Assembly (NCBI GenBank): GCA_046339895.1
Contig: JBKDDT010000014.1
Span: forward strand, 10,567 to 74,566
Reading direction: 5' to 3'
DNA: 64,000 nt
Source of the DNA: a bacterium
Lineage (GTDB): Bacteria > Planctomycetota > Phycisphaerae > Phycisphaerales > UBA1924
The position numbers and the translations under genes are program-made. Under the pieces are notes generated by a model. The model ran no database searches. It was not told the DNA's origin and saw only the letters and a list, made by a program, of their open reading frames with translations. Each line of letters starts with the position of its first letter. Position 1 is the first letter of the stretch. Below, piece after piece: positions 63,988 to 64,000 of the stretch.

Positions 63988-64000
63988 GGCGGCACTGTAG

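Overview
GC-rich bacterial chromosomal segment (roughly two-thirds G+C by eye, not computed) with about 53 protein-coding genes on both strands. Nearly all are recognisable housekeeping functions. In order: the tail of a MoxR/Bat-type membrane operon (1-5589), a divergent ketoacyl synthase, rsmA, an isolated nuoL-nuoM-nuoN block, rpoN, recR, a ~1220-aa secretin, a cdaA-cdaR-lipoprotein-rsbW-rsbV unit, rpsA, a GAF-PP2C phosphatase, ybeY-corC, cysteine desulfurase, metG, a PrpD-family protein, class I aldolase, hisS, csp, pnp-rpsO, 2-oxoacid dehydrogenase E1 alpha/beta, pheA, asnS, a GT4 glycosyltransferase, BamD-like and LptE-like lipoproteins, FNR, rluD, lpxB, purA, uppS and folK. The outer-membrane genes, sigma-54, an Rsb partner-switching module with no sigma factor, frequent low-complexity protein extensions and many long spurious antisense ORFs suggest a diderm of the PVC group (Planctomycetota-like). 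That is inference only. I saw no rRNA, tRNA, CRISPR array, transposase, integrase or recognisable defence or toxin gene, and I do not find a convincing novel multi-gene system. The unusual content is mostly non-coding or accessory. (i) A four-helix-bundle gene (23S rRNA IVS / Avd family) is enclosed by a 19/20-bp long-range stem of heptamer repeats and wedged between pdhA and pdhB, so it resembles an rRNA intervening sequence inside an mRNA operon. (ii) Cargo-less hairpins (three full, one solo arm) built from similar heptamer arrays sit at four other gene ends, and some supply the last codons and/or stop codon of the flanking genes. (iii) A second, GC-rich ~50-nt palindromic repeat family occurs at four or more intergenic sites. 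(iv) A ~1-kb remnant after pdhB fuses a truncated metallophosphoesterase in frame to a diverged second copy of the last 35 codons of pdhB. All start codons were refined by hand from the ORF track and motif positions and may be off. Family names come from memory of motifs, not from searches.
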